Made by a program: the position numbers and the translations under genes | NCBI GenBank assembly: GCA_015232395.1 | Contig: JADFZT010000018.1 | Coordinates: 4,172 to 68,171 of the forward strand | Direction of reading: 5' to 3' | DNA from: Magnetococcales bacterium | Lineage (GTDB): Bacteria > Pseudomonadota > Magnetococcia > Magnetococcales > JADFZT01 | Length of the DNA: 64,000 nucleotides | The notes under the pieces: model-generated | What the model was told of the DNA's origin: nothing | The model's input: the letters and a program-made list of their open reading frames with translations, nothing else | Database searches by the model: none | In this document: piece by piece, positions 22,639 to 34,730 of the stretch | Position numbering within the stretch: position 1 is the first letter of the stretch | Layout of the letters: the number at the start of each line of letters is the position of its first letter

Positions 22639-25600
22639 TTACCCCGCATCCGTTGCGTAGCTTTCACGCAATAATTCCAAGGCCCGACCCGTGCCAGCCG
22701 GAATCAACCGGCCGACGATGACGTTCTCCTTCAGGCCATTCAAGGTATCCGCCTTACCGGAGATAGCGGCTTCGGTGAGCACCCGCGTGGTCTCCTGGAA
22801 GGAGGCTGCTGAAATGAAGGAGGGGGTTGAGAGGGAAGCTTTGGTGATACCCAACAGCAGTGGATAGCTTGAAGCGGGTTCTCCCCCTCCAGCCAAAACC
22901 TTCTCATTGGTATTTTCAAAGTCCACCTTCTCCACCTGCTCTCCCACAATGAAGGTGGTATCCCCTGGATCCAACACCGACACTTTCTGCAACATCTGCC
23001 GGACGATCACCTCAATGTGCTTATCATTGATCTTCACACCCTGAAGGCGATAGACATCCTGAATTTCAGTGACCATAAAGCGGCACAAGGCCTCGATTCC
23101 CATCACCTTGAGAATCTCCTGGGGTACCGGAGAGCCCTCCATGAGGGGTTCCCCTTTGCGGACCCAGTCACCATCGTTAACCGCCAACTGCTTGCCCTTG
23201 GGAATCAGATATTCCCGGGGATCCCCAACCTCCGGGGTAACCACCAGGCGGCGTTTGCCTTTCAGGTCTTTACCAAAGGAGACCACACCGTTGTTTTCAG
23301 CGATGATGGCAAACTCTTTGGGCCGTCGTGCTTCAAAAAGCTCCACAACTCTGGGCAAACCACCGGTGATGTCACGGGTTTTTGAGGATTGGCGTGGCAT
23401 CTTGGCGACAATATCGCCCGGTTGAACATCCTCCCCATCCGTGGCCAGAATCACCGCACCCACCGGCAGATAATAACGCATCTGAGAGCCGTTGGGGAGC
23501 AGCAGCGGGGCATTGGTTTGCGGATCGTTCAAAACCAACCGAGGACGCATATCCGCTTTGCGATCCTGACTCTTGTATTCACACACCTCCCGGGTAGCAA
23601 GACCCGTGGTTTCATCCATGGTTTCCCGCAGAGTCTGACCATCCACAAGATCCTCAAAACGCGCCCGGCCCGCCTGCTCGGTAATAATGGGGCTTGAGAA
23701 GGGATCCCATTCGGCGATATTCCCCCCTGCTTCCACCTGAGAACCATCGGTTATCGATAGACGGGCACCATAGGGAATACGGTAGCGTTCCCGCTCGCGT
23801 CCCGCCTCCGGCTTATCCTGACCACTGATGATGCGCAATTCGTGGATAGTCACTTCACCATTTCGAGAGACCACCACCGGTCGTCCATCCCTCCCCGTCA
23901 CCATGGCCAGATTATGAAACCGGGCAACCCCACCAAAGTGGGTCTCGGAGGAAGATTTTTCCACTGTTCTGGAAGCGGTTCCACCAATGTGGAAGGTCCG
24001 CATGGTAAGCTGTGTACCCGGCTCACCAATGGACTGAGCCGCGATGACCCCCACGGCCTCACCTACAGTGACTGCCGTACCACGGGCCAGATCTCGACCA
24101 TAACATTGGATGCAAACCCCGCGATGGGTCTCACAAGTCAGCGGAGAGCGGATATAGATGGTGTCCACCGAGGAATTTTCGAGCTTTTCGACGGTTTCCT
24201 CGTCGATGATATCCCCTTTCTTGGAAATCAGTTCCTGAGTGACCGGATCCAGGACATCATCCAATGGTACCCGGCCCAGCACCCGATCTCCCAGGGTTTC
24301 CACCACATCGTTGCCTTCCACCAGAGCCGAAGAGGTCATGCCGGTGCGGGTGCCACAATCCCATTCCCGAACGATACAATCCTGGGCCACATCCACCAGA
24401 CGCCGGGTGAGATATCCGGAGTTGGCGGTTTTAAGTGCGGTATCAGCCAGACCCTTACGGGCACCATGAGTGGAGATAAAGTATTGCAGCACCGTCAACC
24501 CCTCGCGGAAGTTGGCAGTGATAGGTGCTTCGATAATTTCACCAGATGGCTTGGCCATCAAACCGCGCATTCCCGCCAGCTGACGCATCTGGGCAGCTGA
24601 TCCACGCGCACCGGAGTTGGCCATCATAAAGATGGAGTTGAAGGAGGGCTGCTCCTCCTCTTCACCGTTGGCGAGAGTCACCTTTTCCGTCGAAATGGCC
24701 TTCATCATCTCCTCGGCCACCCGCTCGGTACAGTGGGACCAGATGTCCACCACCTTGTTATATTTTTCACCTTCAGTGATCAAGCCATCCGTATATTGAT
24801 GCTCAATCTCCTTCACCTGTTTTTGGGACTCCCGGACCAGTTTTTTCTTGGCCTGGGGAATGACCAAATCCTCTTTACCAAAGGAGATGCCCGCCCGGGT
24901 GGCAAAAGAGAAGCCCATGTTCATCAAGCGGTCGGTAAAAATCACGGTCTCTTTGGTGCCGCAGGTCCGATAGACCATATCCGTCAGCTTCGCCACCTCT
25001 TTCTTGGTAAGAAGCTTGTTGATCATCTCAAAAGGGACCGCTTCGGGCAAAATTTCGGTCAGCAACGTTCGTCCAACCGTGGTTTTGATCCGCTCTCCCC
25101 GATAGCGACACTGAATCTTGGCATGGAGCCCGGCCTCACCGGAATCGTAAGCCTGCCGCACCTCCAGGGGTGACGAAAAGATCATCCCTTCACCGATAAT
25201 ATTGAGACGCTCGGAGGTCATATAGTAAAGCCCCAGAATGATATCCTGGGTAGGTACGATCACCGGTTTGCCGTTGGCGGGTGAAAGGATGTTGTTGGTG
25301 GACATCATCAACACCCGAGCCTCAATCTGCGCCTCAATGGAAAGAGGCACATGGACCGCCATCTGGTCCCCGTCAAAGTCGGCGTTAAAGGCGGTACAGA
25401 CCAAAGGATGCAGCTGGATCGCCTTACCTTCAATCAATTTGGGTTCAAAGGCTTGAATGCCCAGTCGATGCAGGGTAGGCGCACGGTTGAGCATGACCGG
25501 ATGTTCCCGGATCACCTCCTCCAGAATATCCCACACCTCCCCTTTTTCTTTCTCAACCATCCGCTTGGCCGCCTTGATGGTGGTGGAGAGACCACGCTCC

Positions 25601-26772
25601 TCCAGGCGGTTGTAGATAAAGGGTTTGAAAAGCTCCAACGCCATCTTTTTGGGCAGGCCGCATTCGTGGAGTTTCAGCTCCGGCCCCACAACGATCACCG
25701 AACGTCCCGAATAGTCAACACGCTTACCCAGAAGGTTCAGGCGGAAACGCCCCTGTTTACCCTTCAGCATCTCTGAAAGAGACTTCAGAGGCCGCTTGTT
25801 GGTTCCCGTAATGACCCGTCCTCGGCGCCCGTTGTCAAAAAGGGCATCCACCGACTCCTGGAGCATCCGTTTTTCGTTGCGGATGATAATGTCTGGTGCC
25901 CGTAGTTCGTAAAGACGTTTCAGGCGGTTGTTACGATTGATCACCCGCCGATAGAGATCGTTGAGGTCCGATGTGGCAAAACGTCCGCCGTCCAGAGGTA
26001 CCAGGGGCCGCAGTTCCGGTGGAATAATGGGAATCGTCTCCAGAATCATCCATTCCGGACGATTCCCAGACTCCAGGAAAGCCTCCAGGGTATGCAGGCG
26101 CTTGATGATCTTTTTGCGCTTGGCCTCGGAGTTGGTGGCAGCAAACTCCTCCCTCAAAGTGAGAACCTCGCTGTTGATATCGAGGTCCATCAGCATCTGG
26201 CGAATCGCCTCGGCACCGATACCCGCTACAAATTCGTCCCCATGCTCTTCCTGAAGCTGGTGAAAACGGTCGTCAGTAAGGAGTTCACCCTTTTTCAGCG
26301 GTGTCAGGCCAGGTTCCAGCACGACAAAGTTTTCGAAATAGAGAACCCGCTCCAGATCCTTCAGGGTCATATCCAGAAGCAGGCCGATACGGCTGGGCAG
26401 GGATTTCAAGAACCAGATATGGGCCACTGGACTTGCCAGCTCAATGTGGCCCATTCGCTCCCGGCGCACCTTGGATTGGATCACCTCCACACCGCACTTT
26501 TCACAGACCACACCGCGATGCTTCAGGCGCTTATATTTACCACAAAGGCATTCATAATCCTTTACCGGGCCAAAAATCTTGGCGCAAAACAGACCATCGC
26601 GCTCCGGTTTAAAGGTGCGGTAGTTGATGGTTTCCGGCTTTTTTACCTCACCGAAAGACCAGGAACGAATCTTTTCCGGGGAGGCGATGGATATCCGTAT
26701 GCCATCAAAACTCTGCCCCATGGTGGGCCGGGAAAAGATCTTGAAAAGATTTTGTGTCACGTCCATCGTCAC
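22639..26772 (-). CDS. rpoC: DNA-directed RNA polymerase subunit beta'
   Basis: 1377 aa. Zn-finger [23 protein letters not shown] and catalytic [12 protein letters not shown]. Start is either the GTG at 26772 (1 nt after the rpoB stop) or the ATG at 26766. Confidence 0.99.
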   Translation of the reverse strand: MTMDVTQNLFKIFSRPTMGQSFDGIRISIASPEKIRSWSFGEVKKPETINYRTFKPERDGLFCAKIFGPVKDYECLCGKYKRLKHRGVVCEKCGVEVIQSKVRRERMGHIELASPVAHIWFLKSLPSRIGLLLDMTLKDLERVLYFENFVVLEPGLTPLKKGELLTDDRFHQLQEEHGDEFVAGIGAEAIRQMLMDLDINSEVLTLREEFAATNSEAKRKKIIKRLHTLEAFLESGNRPEWMILETIPIIPPELRPLVPLDGGRFATSDLNDLYRRVINRNNRLKRLYELRAPDIIIRNEKRMLQESVDALFDNGRRGRVITGTNKRPLKSLSEMLKGKQGRFRLNLLGKRVDYSGRSVIVVGPELKLHECGLPKKMALELFKPFIYNRLEERGLSTTIKAAKRMVEKEKGEVWDILEEVIREHPVMLNRAPTLHRLGIQAFEPKLIEGKAIQLHPLVCTAFNADFDGDQMAVHVPLSIEAQIEARVLMMSTNNILSPANGKPVIVPTQDIILGLYYMTSERLNIIGEGMIFSSPLEVRQAYDSGEAGLHAKIQCRYRGERIKTTVGRTLLTEILPEAVPFEMINKLLTKKEVAKLTDMVYRTCGTKETVIFTDRLMNMGFSFATRAGISFGKEDLVIPQAKKKLVRESQKQVKEIEHQYTDGLITEGEKYNKVVDIWSHCTERVAEEMMKAISTEKVTLANGEEEEQPSFNSIFMMANSGARGSAAQMRQLAGMRGLMAKPSGEIIEAPITANFREGLTVLQYFISTHGARKGLADTALKTANSGYLTRRLVDVAQDCIVREWDCGTRTGMTSSALVEGNDVVETLGDRVLGRVPLDDVLDPVTQELISKKGDIIDEETVEKLENSSVDTIYIRSPLTCETHRGVCIQCYGRDLARGTAVTVGEAVGVIAAQSIGEPGTQLTMRTFHIGGTASRTVEKSSSETHFGGVARFHNLAMVTGRDGRPVVVSRNGEVTIHELRIISGQDKPEAGRERERYRIPYGARLSITDGSQVEAGGNIAEWDPFSSPIITEQAGRARFEDLVDGQTLRETMDETTGLATREVCEYKSQDRKADMRPRLVLNDPQTNAPLLLPNGSQMRYYLPVGAVILATDGEDVQPGDIVAKMPRQSSKTRDITGGLPRVVELFEARRPKEFAIIAENNGVVSFGKDLKGKRRLVVTPEVGDPREYLIPKGKQLAVNDGDWVRKGEPLMEGSPVPQEILKVMGIEALCRFMVTEIQDVYRLQGVKINDKHIEVIVRQMLQKVSVLDPGDTTFIVGEQVEKVDFENTNEKVLAGGGEPASSYPLLLGITKASLSTPSFISAASFQETTRVLTEAAISGKADTLNGLKENVIVGRLIPAGTGRALELLRESYATDAG

Positions 26773-26773
26773 C

Positions 26774-29700
26774 TCACTCAGACCTCAACAGCTCAACGTC
26801 CAACGCCAGAGACTGGAGTTCCTTCACCAACACGTTGAAGGATTCCGGAATACCGGCCTCGAAAGTGTCGTCCCCGCGGACGATGGATTCATAGATTTTG
26901 GTGCGCCCCGCCACGTCGTCCGATTTAACGGTCAACATTTCCTGCAAAGTATAGGCGGCGCCGTACGCCTCCAGGGCCCAAACCTCCATCTCTCCGAAAC
27001 GCTGACCACCAAACTGGGCCTTACCTCCCAGAGGTTGCTGGGTCACCAGAGAGTAGGGTCCGATGGATCGGGCGTGGATTTTGTCGTCCACCAGATGATG
27101 CAGCTTGAGAATGTAGATGTAGCCCACCGTGACTGAACGGTCGAAATATTCACCCGTGCGGCCATCAATCAGCCGCACCTGACCCGAATCCGGGAGATCA
27201 GCCTTTTGCAGCCAATCCAGAATTGATTTTTCGCTGGCACCATCGAAGACCGGTGTGGCGACCGGCACCCCATCCTCCAGGTTGACCGCCATGGACTTAA
27301 GCTCATCATCGGAGAGCGCCCGCACCGCCCGGGATTGCCGAGGGTTGGAGTAGATCTCCGTCATCAACTCCCGTAGCTCCAGAGCATCCTCTTCACCACC
27401 GCCACTATGGAGTCGCTCCATGATATTGCCAAGCCGAATTCCCATACCTCGGGCCGCCCAGCCCAAATGGGTCTCCAAAATCTGCCCCACATTCATACGG
27501 GAGGGCACACCCAAGGGATTGAGCACAATATCCACCGGTGTACCATCTTCCAGGTGGGGCATATCCTCAATGGGATTGATCTTGGAGATAACGCCCTTAT
27601 TACCGTGGCGTCCCGCCATTTTGTCGCCGGGTTGCAGCTTGCGTTTAATGGCGATATAGACTTTGACCATTTTGAGCACGCCGGGGGGGAGATCATCTCC
27701 CCGTTCCAGCTTTTCAACCTTGGACTCAAAACGCTTTTCCAGACGCTTTCCAGCCTTTTCGATATTGACCAGAATGCCTTCGATCTGCTTGGTGATTTCG
27801 TCGTCCTCCAGGACGATCTCCCCCAGCTTTCTCGAACCAAGCTTATCCAGATAGGAGCGAGTCAGCCGGGTTCCGGGTTTGCGTCCCGGGGCGCTTGCCA
27901 CCTTCTTGTCCTCCAGAAGATTGCGAATACGCCCTTCGGCATCCTGCTCAATGATCCGTCGCTCGGCCTGAATATCCTTGCGCAGTCGGTCGATCTCATC
28001 TTGATCGATCAACTTGGCCCGGTCGTCCTTTTCCAGCCCCCGCCGGGAAAAAACCCGGACATCGACTACCGTGCCGGATGCACCCGGTGGCAATCTGAGG
28101 GAGGTATCCCGAACATCAGAGGCCTTTTCACCAAAGATTGCCCGCAGAAGTTTTTCCTCTGGGGTGAGCTGGGTCTCTCCCTTGGGGGTTACCTTACCCA
28201 CCAGGATGTCCCCGGCCTTGACCTCGGCACCGACGTAGATGATCCCCGACTCGTCGAGATTGGCCAGGGCGTCCTCACCGACGTTGGGCATATCCCGCGT
28301 GATTTCTTCAGCACCCAGCTTGGTATCCCGGGCCATTACCTCAAACTCTTCGATATGAATCGAGGTAAAAATATCGTCCCGGACCAACCGCTCGGAGATG
28401 AGAATCGAGTCCTCAAAGTTGTAGCCGTTCCAGGGCATGAAGGCCACCAGGACGTTACGCCCCAGGGCCAGCTCACCCCATTGGGTGGAGGGACCGTCAG
28501 CGACGATATCCCCCTTGGTCACCCGATCTCCAGTGCGAACCAGAGGCACCTGATTGATACAGGTGTTCTGATTGGAGCGGGAAAACTTGGTGAGGTTGTA
28601 AATATCGACACCCGGCTCGGTGGCTCCCGGCTGATCATCCGCTTTGACGACGATACGGGAAGCATCCACATCCTCCACCACCCCGGTACGACGGACGACG
28701 ATGGTCACCCCGGAATCCCGGGCCACCACTGATTCCATACCTGTCCCGACAAAGGGGGCATCGGTCTTGATCAGCGGCACAGCCTGACGCTGCATGTTGG
28801 AGCCCATCAAAGCCCGGTTGGCGTCATCGTTCTCCAAAAAGGGAATCAAGGAGGCCGCCACCGAAACAATCTGCTTCGGAGAGACGTCCATATATTCGAT
28901 GCGGTCGGGAGCTGCCATGGTAAATTCAAGCTTGTGCCGACACTGGACCAACTCACCGGTAAACCGCCCCTGCCGATCCAGAAGGGCATTGGCCTGGGCG
29001 ATGACAAAGTTTTCCTCTTCGATGGCCGACAGATAGTCCACCTGATCGGTCACCCGCCCCTCGGAAACCTGACGGTAAGGACTTTCGATAAAGCCAAATT
29101 CGTTGATTCGGGCATAGGTGGAGAGACTGTTGATGAGGCCAATGTTGGGCCCCTCAGGGGTCTCAATGGGACAGATTCGACCATAGTGCGTCGGATGGAC
29201 ATCCCGCACCTCAAATCCGGCCCGCTCTCGGGTCATACCGCCCGGCCCCAAAGCTGAAAGCCGACGCTTATGGGTGATTTCCGAAAGAGGATTGGTCTGA
29301 TCCATAAACTGGGAAAGCTGGCTGGAACCAAAAAATTCCCGGATGACCGCTGAAAAAGGCTTGGAGTTCATCACGTCGTGGGGCATCAGGTTTTCCGGTT
29401 CTCCGGAAGACATCCGCTCACGAATGGCCCGCTCCAGGCGTACCAGACCGATACGCACCTGATTTTCCAACAACTCACCCACCGAGCGAACCCGGCGATT
29501 GCCCAGATGGTCGATATCGTCGATCTTGCCGAAACCGTCCTTGATCTTGAGCAGAATCTCTACAACCCCCAGAATATCTTCCTGGCGTAATACCCGGGTA
29601 TCGAGATCGCATTCGACATTCAGACGCTTATTCATCTTCAGCCGACCCACAGCTGAAAGATCGTAGCGATCCGGATTGAAAAACATATTGTTGAAGAGAT

Positions 29701-30868
29701 TTTTGGCCGCCTCCACCGTGGGCGGCTCACCGGGGCGCATCATCCGATAGATATCGATCAGCGCCTCTTCCGGGGTCTGGTTTTTATCCAGGCTCAGGGT
29801 GTTGCGCAGATAGGGCCCCACCGTGACATAGTCGATAAAAAGAACCTCGACCTCGTTAACGCCCAGCTCTTCCAGAACGGTCAGATTTTCCTCGGTCAGC
29901 TCTTCACCAGCTGTCAGCAAAACCTCCCCGTCTGCAGAAGGAATGGAATGTGCCAAAAAGCGACCCATGACATCGTCAGCTGGCACCTGGATCCACTCAA
30001 GCCCAAGAGCCTGTAGCTTTTTGATGGCCCGAGGGGTCACCTTTCGCTTGGGACGAACGATCTCTTCACCCGTTTCAGGGTGAACGATGGCAAAGTTGAG
30101 GCGGCTGCCAACGAGCTGTTCGGCATCCAGGCGCTTTTCCCAAACGACGCCATTTTTGCGAAAAACTTCCGAGGAGTAGAAACGATTGAGAATCTCCTCG
30201 GCGGTCATCCCCAAAGCGCGCAAAAAGGTGGTAACGGGCAGTTTGCGGCGGCGATCAATTCGGGTAAAAACCAAATCCTTGGGATCGAATTCAAAGTCGA
30301 GCCAGGAACCTCGGTAAGGGATCACCCGGGCAGAAAAAAGCAATTTGCCGCTGGGATGGGTTTTACCCTTGTCATGGTCGAAGAACACCCCGGGAGAGCG
30401 GTGCATCTGGGAGACAATCACCCGCTCAGTACCGTTAACGATAAAGGTACCGGTATCGGTCATCATGGGCATTTCGCCCAGATAGACATCCTGCTCCTTG
30501 ACCTCGCGTACGGTCCTGGCGCCGGTGTCTTCGTTCTCTTCCCACACCACCAAGCGGAAGGTTACCTTCAGGGGAGCTGAAAAAGTCATTCCCCGCTGGA
30601 GACATTCGTCGACATCATACTTGGGTTCGCCAAGCTGATAGTTGACATACTCCAGGGTAACAGTTCCGGTGTAATCCTGTATGGGAAACACAGACTGAAA
30701 AACCGCTTCCAGGCCCTGTTTACGTCTTTCGGCGAGGTCGGTTCCAGTTTGTAAAAAACGCTGAAAAGATTGTTTTTGGACCGCGATCAGGTTGGGAATG
30801 TCGATGATGGTCGGGATCCGACCGAAATTCTTGCGCAACCGTTTCTTGTCGGTAAAGGTCAGAGCCAT
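26774..30868 (-). CDS. rpoB: DNA-directed RNA polymerase subunit beta
   Basis: 1364 aa. Rif-region [33 protein letters not shown]...; ...[24 protein letters not shown]. Confidence 0.99.
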   Translation of the reverse strand: MALTFTDKKRLRKNFGRIPTIIDIPNLIAVQKQSFQRFLQTGTDLAERRKQGLEAVFQSVFPIQDYTGTVTLEYVNYQLGEPKYDVDECLQRGMTFSAPLKVTFRLVVWEENEDTGARTVREVKEQDVYLGEMPMMTDTGTFIVNGTERVIVSQMHRSPGVFFDHDKGKTHPSGKLLFSARVIPYRGSWLDFEFDPKDLVFTRIDRRRKLPVTTFLRALGMTAEEILNRFYSSEVFRKNGVVWEKRLDAEQLVGSRLNFAIVHPETGEEIVRPKRKVTPRAIKKLQALGLEWIQVPADDVMGRFLAHSIPSADGEVLLTAGEELTEENLTVLEELGVNEVEVLFIDYVTVGPYLRNTLSLDKNQTPEEALIDIYRMMRPGEPPTVEAAKNLFNNMFFNPDRYDLSAVGRLKMNKRLNVECDLDTRVLRQEDILGVVEILLKIKDGFGKIDDIDHLGNRRVRSVGELLENQVRIGLVRLERAIRERMSSGEPENLMPHDVMNSKPFSAVIREFFGSSQLSQFMDQTNPLSEITHKRRLSALGPGGMTRERAGFEVRDVHPTHYGRICPIETPEGPNIGLINSLSTYARINEFGFIESPYRQVSEGRVTDQVDYLSAIEEENFVIAQANALLDRQGRFTGELVQCRHKLEFTMAAPDRIEYMDVSPKQIVSVAASLIPFLENDDANRALMGSNMQRQAVPLIKTDAPFVGTGMESVVARDSGVTIVVRRTGVVEDVDASRIVVKADDQPGATEPGVDIYNLTKFSRSNQNTCINQVPLVRTGDRVTKGDIVADGPSTQWGELALGRNVLVAFMPWNGYNFEDSILISERLVRDDIFTSIHIEEFEVMARDTKLGAEEITRDMPNVGEDALANLDESGIIYVGAEVKAGDILVGKVTPKGETQLTPEEKLLRAIFGEKASDVRDTSLRLPPGASGTVVDVRVFSRRGLEKDDRAKLIDQDEIDRLRKDIQAERRIIEQDAEGRIRNLLEDKKVASAPGRKPGTRLTRSYLDKLGSRKLGEIVLEDDEITKQIEGILVNIEKAGKRLEKRFESKVEKLERGDDLPPGVLKMVKVYIAIKRKLQPGDKMAGRHGNKGVISKINPIEDMPHLEDGTPVDIVLNPLGVPSRMNVGQILETHLGWAARGMGIRLGNIMERLHSGGGEEDALELRELMTEIYSNPRQSRAVRALSDDELKSMAVNLEDGVPVATPVFDGASEKSILDWLQKADLPDSGQVRLIDGRTGEYFDRSVTVGYIYILKLHHLVDDKIHARSIGPYSLVTQQPLGGKAQFGGQRFGEMEVWALEAYGAAYTLQEMLTVKSDDVAGRTKIYESIVRGDDTFEAGIPESFNVLVKELQSLALDVELLRSE

Positions 30869-31069
30869 CGGGTTTCCTCTGCCGCCATGGAGGATTGGCT
30901 GGCGTCCGCTTTAGGATTGGCAGTATCAAGCGGACGGTCCCTTGGATTGAAACCAGGGAGATGGGGGTGAACCGGCATTACGGTCCACCCCCGTTCTACG
31001 TCGTCTATTATATAAACATGCTACAACCGGCGGGCAGATGTGGATGCCACCGGTTTAAAACAGGTTGGA
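30869..31069 (-). promoter_or_regulatory. rplL-rpoB intergenic region with two stem-loops (candidate attenuator or processing site)
   Basis: Hairpin 31025-31055, 15 nt after the rplL stop: AACCGGCGG/CCACCGGTT. The single mismatch becomes a G-U pair only on the minus-strand RNA. Second hairpin 30903-30936: CGTCCGCTT/AAGCGGACG, 9 bp. The analogy with the E. coli rplL-rpoB attenuator region is an inference. Confidence 0.4.
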
Positions 31070-31450
31070 TTATTTCACTTCCACCTTGGCACCCACATCT
31101 TCCAGATCTTTCTTCATCTTTTCAGCTTCTTCCTTGGAGACCCCTTCCTTCACAGGCTTGGGGGCGCCTTCAACCAGATCCTTGGCATCCTTGAGGCCAA
31201 GGCCGGTGATGGCACGGACGGCTTTGATGACGTGGATCTTCTTGGCACCGGCTTCAGCCAAAATGACGCTAAATTCGGTCTGGGCTTCTGCAGCAGCCCC
31301 CCCCCCATCAGCGGGACCGGCAACAGCGGCAGCCACAGGAGCGGCGGCAGACACACCAAATTTGTCTTCCAGCGCCTTGACCAGTTCGGAAAGCTCAAGA
31401 ACCGTCATGTTTTCAATGGCGCTGATCAGATCTTCACGGGAAATGGACAT
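31070..31450 (-). CDS. rplL: 50S ribosomal protein L7/L12
   Basis: 126 aa. Ala-rich hinge and C-terminal domain [28 protein letters not shown]. Confidence 0.98.
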   Translation of the reverse strand: MSISREDLISAIENMTVLELSELVKALEDKFGVSAAAPVAAAVAGPADGGGAAAEAQTEFSVILAEAGAKKIHVIKAVRAITGLGLKDAKDLVEGAPKPVKEGVSKEEAEKMKKDLEDVGAKVEVK

Positions 31451-31532
31451 CTTTATACACTCCTTGGGACGTACGGTATGCCTTGAGGCATGACTCGTTG
31501 ATATTTTTTATATCCTGATTTGGGCGGAAAAA

Positions 31533-32066
31533 TCAGGCTGCGGATTGCTCTTCCTTCTGTTGCCGGATCTGCTCCAGCACCCGAACAAAACTTCCGGGTA
31601 CGGCGGCCAAAACTCCGACCACTCCTTGAACAGGCCCCATCATGGTACCCAACAACTTGGCCAACAGCACTTCGCGGCTGGGTAGTTTTGCCAGGGCATT
31701 CACCCCGGCCAAGTCGATGGGACGACCTTCCATGATCCCACCGATGATCTGCAGGTTGGGATGGGTCTTGGCAAAATCAGAGAGCACTTTGGCTGGTGCC
31801 ACAGGATCAGATGAGGAAGCGAGCCCCACCGGACCAGTCAAAATTTCACCCAGCCCCTCAAAAGAGGTGCCTTGGGCGGCCCGCTTGGTGAGGGTATTCT
31901 TCACCACACGGTATTCAGATCCAGATTTTCTCATATCCCGACGCAGGGCTGTCATTTCCGCCACAGTGAGACCACGATAGTGGGTCACAATGGCGATATT
32001 GGACTTTTCCAACGTCGCTTTGACTTCCTCGACTACAGCACCTTTTTTGGCCTTTTCCATATCCAC
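31533..32066 (-). CDS. rplJ: 50S ribosomal protein L10
   Basis: 177 aa. VTHYRGLTVAEMTALRRDMRKSGSEYRVVKNTL. The ORF-track start is a GTG at 32066; the alternative ATG at 32060 gives MEKAKKG. Confidence 0.95.
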   Translation of the reverse strand: MDMEKAKKGAVVEEVKATLEKSNIAIVTHYRGLTVAEMTALRRDMRKSGSEYRVVKNTLTKRAAQGTSFEGLGEILTGPVGLASSSDPVAPAKVLSDFAKTHPNLQIIGGIMEGRPIDLAGVNALAKLPSREVLLAKLLGTMMGPVQGVVGVLAAVPGSFVRVLEQIRQQKEEQSAA

Positions 32067-32238
32067 TCCTTCTGGCCGGTGGCTGGGGTGTGTCCAGGTC
32101 CCTGAAGCGCCCCATCCACCTCGCCTCTGGTCTCGGCAGGCTTGATCTTACCGATTAAGGAATCCCCCGGCCGGGGATGCCGCCTGCTGTCTTGGACTGA
32201 AATTGTGCAGCTTTGATCACCCCGTGATCAAAGCGTCA
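32067..32238 (-). promoter_or_regulatory. rplJ 5' leader (candidate L10 autoregulatory leader)
   Basis: 172-nt structured spacer. Perfect 11-bp hairpin GCTTTGATCAC-ccc-GTGATCAAAGC (32210-32234) 4 nt after the rplA stop, and a 14-nt palindrome TCCCCGGCCGGGGA (about 32164-32177). Assignment as the L10 leader rests on position only. Confidence 0.35.
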
Positions 32239-32928
32239 TCAGATCGTATTTAAATCTATCTTGACACCTGGCCCCATGCAGGAACTCAGAGTGAGCTTTT
32301 TCATGTAGGTACCCTTGGTACTCTCAGGCCGCAGCTTACGCAATTTTTCGACCAGGGCCTTGACGTTTTCCTCCAGGTTTTCCTGGGGAAAAGAGGCCTT
32401 GCCGACGCCAGCGTGAACGATCCCGGCTTTTTCAACCCGGAAGGTGACCTGACCCGCCTTGATCTCCTTGATGACCCGTTCCAGATCAAAGGTGACGGTA
32501 CCCAGCTTCGGGTTGGGCATGAGACCCCGGGGGCCCAGTACCCGGCCCAGGCGTCCAACGACGCCCATGACATCAGGGCAGGCCACTACCCGATCAAAAT
32601 CGAGCCAGCCATCCTGAATTTTTTTGGCCAGATCGTCCGAACCCACAAAGTCGGCACCGGCAGCCTCAGCTTCGGCTACCTTGTCTCCTTTGGCGAAAAC
32701 CAATACACGAACGGTTTTACCCGTACCATGGGGCAGAGCAACCGTGCCCCGCACCATTTGGTCCGCGTGGCGTGGATCCACTCCGAGATTAACAGCCACC
32801 TCAATGGTTTCGTCAAATTTGGCAGTGGCGGCAGCCTTTACCTGCTTAACCGCCTCCGAAAGACCATGAGACGCTACACGATCCATGTTTTCAAGAATGG
32901 CATTCAGTCTTTTACCGCGACGAGGCAT
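32239..32928 (-). CDS. rplA: 50S ribosomal protein L1
   Basis: 229 aa. [34 protein letters not shown]. Confidence 0.98.
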   Translation of the reverse strand: MPRRGKRLNAILENMDRVASHGLSEAVKQVKAAATAKFDETIEVAVNLGVDPRHADQMVRGTVALPHGTGKTVRVLVFAKGDKVAEAEAAGADFVGSDDLAKKIQDGWLDFDRVVACPDVMGVVGRLGRVLGPRGLMPNPKLGTVTFDLERVIKEIKAGQVTFRVEKAGIVHAGVGKASFPQENLEENVKALVEKLRKLRPESTKGTYMKKLTLSSCMGPGVKIDLNTI

Positions 32929-32939
32929 GAAGGGTTCTC

Positions 32940-33371
32940 CTAATCCACTATTTCCAGGCCCATGGAGCGGGCGGATCCGGCAATGATACGTTTGGCAGCT
33001 TCGATGTCACCGGCGTTGAGGTCAGGCATTTTGGCCTGGGCGATCTCTTCCACCTGGCTCCATTTTACCGTCCCCACCGACTCCCCACGTCCCGGGGTTT
33101 GGCTACCCTTCTCAAGGCCACCCGCTTTGCGCAGATAGTAGGAGGCCGGAGGGGTTTTGAGTTCAAAGGTGAAGGTCCGATCGGAGAAAACCGAAATCAC
33201 GACTGGAATCGGCGCTCCTGCCTCCATCTTCTGAGTCTTGGCGTTGAAGGACTTGCAAAATTCCATGATGTTCAAGCCGTGCTGACCCAGGGCCGGTCCC
33301 ACCGGGGGACTGGGTTTGGCTGCGCCTGCAGGCACTTCCAGCTTGATGTAGGCCGTTATCTTCTTCGCCAT
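32940..33371 (-). CDS. rplK: 50S ribosomal protein L11
   Basis: 143 aa. [36 protein letters not shown]. Confidence 0.98.
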   Translation of the reverse strand: MAKKITAYIKLEVPAGAAKPSPPVGPALGQHGLNIMEFCKSFNAKTQKMEAGAPIPVVISVFSDRTFTFELKTPPASYYLRKAGGLEKGSQTPGRGESVGTVKWSQVEEIAQAKMPDLNAGDIEAAKRIIAGSARSMGLEIVD

Positions 33372-33456
33372 CTTGAAGCCCTTCCCTTATTGTCCGAAAT
33401 TCCCGCAGCAAAAAACCCACCTGGAACGGTTCCAGGCAGGCTGTAAAGAGCCGGAA

Positions 33457-33987
33457 TCAGAGTTTTTCCACCTGTACAAAATCGAGCTCCACCGGAGTGG
33501 CGCGTCCAAAGATGCTGACCGAAACCTTGAGCCGGGTCTTGTCTTCGTCCACCTCTTCCACAAGACCATTGAAGGAGACGAAAGGTCCGTCGATGACACG
33601 CACATTTTCCCCGACGGAAAAGGTCACCTTGGGTTTTGGTTTTTCGGTACCGTCCCGAACCTGACGCAGGATTTTATCCACCTCCCGCTCGGAAAGGGCT
33701 TGAGGTCGTCCCCCCCCACCCAGAAAGCCGGTTACCTTGGGCGTTTCATTGACCATGTGCCAGGTTTCGTCGTTCAACTCCATTTTCACCAGCACATAGC
33801 CGGGGAAAAACTTCCTTTCGGAAGTGACCTTCTTACCTTTTTGTAGCTCTACGACCTCTTCGGTAGGGATCAAAATTTCATCGAAGAGGTGGGTCGCGCC
33901 CGAAACCCGAATGGTCTCTTCAAGGATACTTTTGACCTTCTTTTCATAACCCGAGTAGGCGTGTATGACGTACCATTTTTTTGACAT
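33457..33987 (-). CDS. nusG: Transcription termination/antitermination factor NusG
   Basis: 176 aa. [17 protein letters not shown]..., KOW motif [22 protein letters not shown]. Confidence 0.97.
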   Translation of the reverse strand: MSKKWYVIHAYSGYEKKVKSILEETIRVSGATHLFDEILIPTEEVVELQKGKKVTSERKFFPGYVLVKMELNDETWHMVNETPKVTGFLGGGGRPQALSEREVDKILRQVRDGTEKPKPKVTFSVGENVRVIDGPFVSFNGLVEEVDEDKTRLKVSVSIFGRATPVELDFVQVEKL

Positions 33988-34100
33988 GATAACCTAAGCC
34001 GTCCCCGGTGTGCGCTCCGGCATAACTGATTTTGTCTCTGGTGTCAGCGCGTTATTCCGAGGCTTGATTCGAGTCGGGGGGAAATCTGACGAAGGAGCCA

Positions 34101-34292
34101 TCAGCCAATAACAGCCCGCACCATCAGGCCCAGGATGGTATCCACCAGCCACAAAAAGAGTGAAACCAGGATCACCATGCCGAAAACGACGATCGTCGTG
34201 GTCGTGGTCTCCTTTCGGTCGGGCCAGACCACCTTCTTCATTTCTACCCGAACGTCCAGAAGGTACTTCTTGAATTGGGCGACACGTTCCAT
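34101..34292 (-). CDS. secE: Preprotein translocase subunit SecE
   Basis: 63 aa. FKKYLLDVRVEMKKVVWPDRKETTTTTIVVFGMVILVSLFLWLVD (single TM). Located between tRNA-Trp and nusG. Confidence 0.93.
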   Translation of the reverse strand: MERVAQFKKYLLDVRVEMKKVVWPDRKETTTTTIVVFGMVILVSLFLWLVDTILGLMVRAVIG

Positions 34293-34435
34293 ATCGAATC
34301 AACGCCGGCTTTCTTTTAAACGGTGTATGGGCTTCCGATTCACCAAATTGGCCTGTTAGGATCCTCGACGCCCCACGACCTGCCTGAGCTGTTGGCCAGG
34401 GGAGTACGCAGGGTATTCGCCGCGATAACGGATCT

Positions 34436-34511
34436 TGGCAGGACAGGAGGGACTCGAACCCACAACCGTCGGTTTTGGAGACCGATGCTCTGCCAGTTGA
34501 GCTACTGTCCT
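34436..34511 (-). tRNA. tRNA-Trp (anticodon CCA), CCA encoded
   Basis: Reverse complement aggacagtagctcaactggcagagcatcggtCTCCAAAaccgacggttgtgggttcgagtccctcctgtcctgcca. Acceptor AGGACAG/CTGTCCT, anticodon stem TCGGT/ACCGA, T-loop TTCGAGT (one U-U mismatch in the T stem). Confidence 0.9.
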
Positions 34512-34540
34512 TTGCAGGCTTTTCCGTAAAGCCGGATATC

Positions 34541-34696
34541 TTATTTGATTTTACCCTCTTTGTGAAGGGTATGTTTCCGGCAAAAGGGGCAATATTTTTT
34601 CAATGCCAGCTTTTCCGGCTTGTTTCGCTTGTTACGGTCTTTCGTGTAGTTGCGGCGTTTGCACGCCTCACAGCACAGGCTTAACAGATCTCGCAT
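34541..34696 (-). CDS. rpmG: 50S ribosomal protein L33 (CxxC...CxxC zinc form)
   Basis: Own translation (51 aa): MRDLLSLCCEACKRRNYTKDRNKRNKPEKLALKKYCPFCRKHTLHKEGKIK*. Sits between tuf copy 2 and tRNA-Trp. Confidence 0.9.
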   Translation of the reverse strand: MRDLLSLCCEACKRRNYTKDRNKRNKPEKLALKKYCPFCRKHTLHKEGKIK

Positions 34697-34730
34697 CGAG
34701 CCGCTCCCGGGCGGTCAGGGTTCATTGGAA

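Noticed and set aside
27407-28732. 441-aa plus-strand ORF antisense to rpoB, with many similar 60-250-aa antisense ORFs across rpoC, fusA, secY and the r-protein genes
   Set aside because: They overlap strongly conserved genes on the other strand and have no recognisable motifs or SD sequences. Long stop-free antisense frames are expected here.
33994-34302. 102-aa minus-strand ORF overlapping secE in another frame
   Set aside because: The 63-aa frame gives the typical SecE single TM segment and conserved position. The alternative frame has no features.
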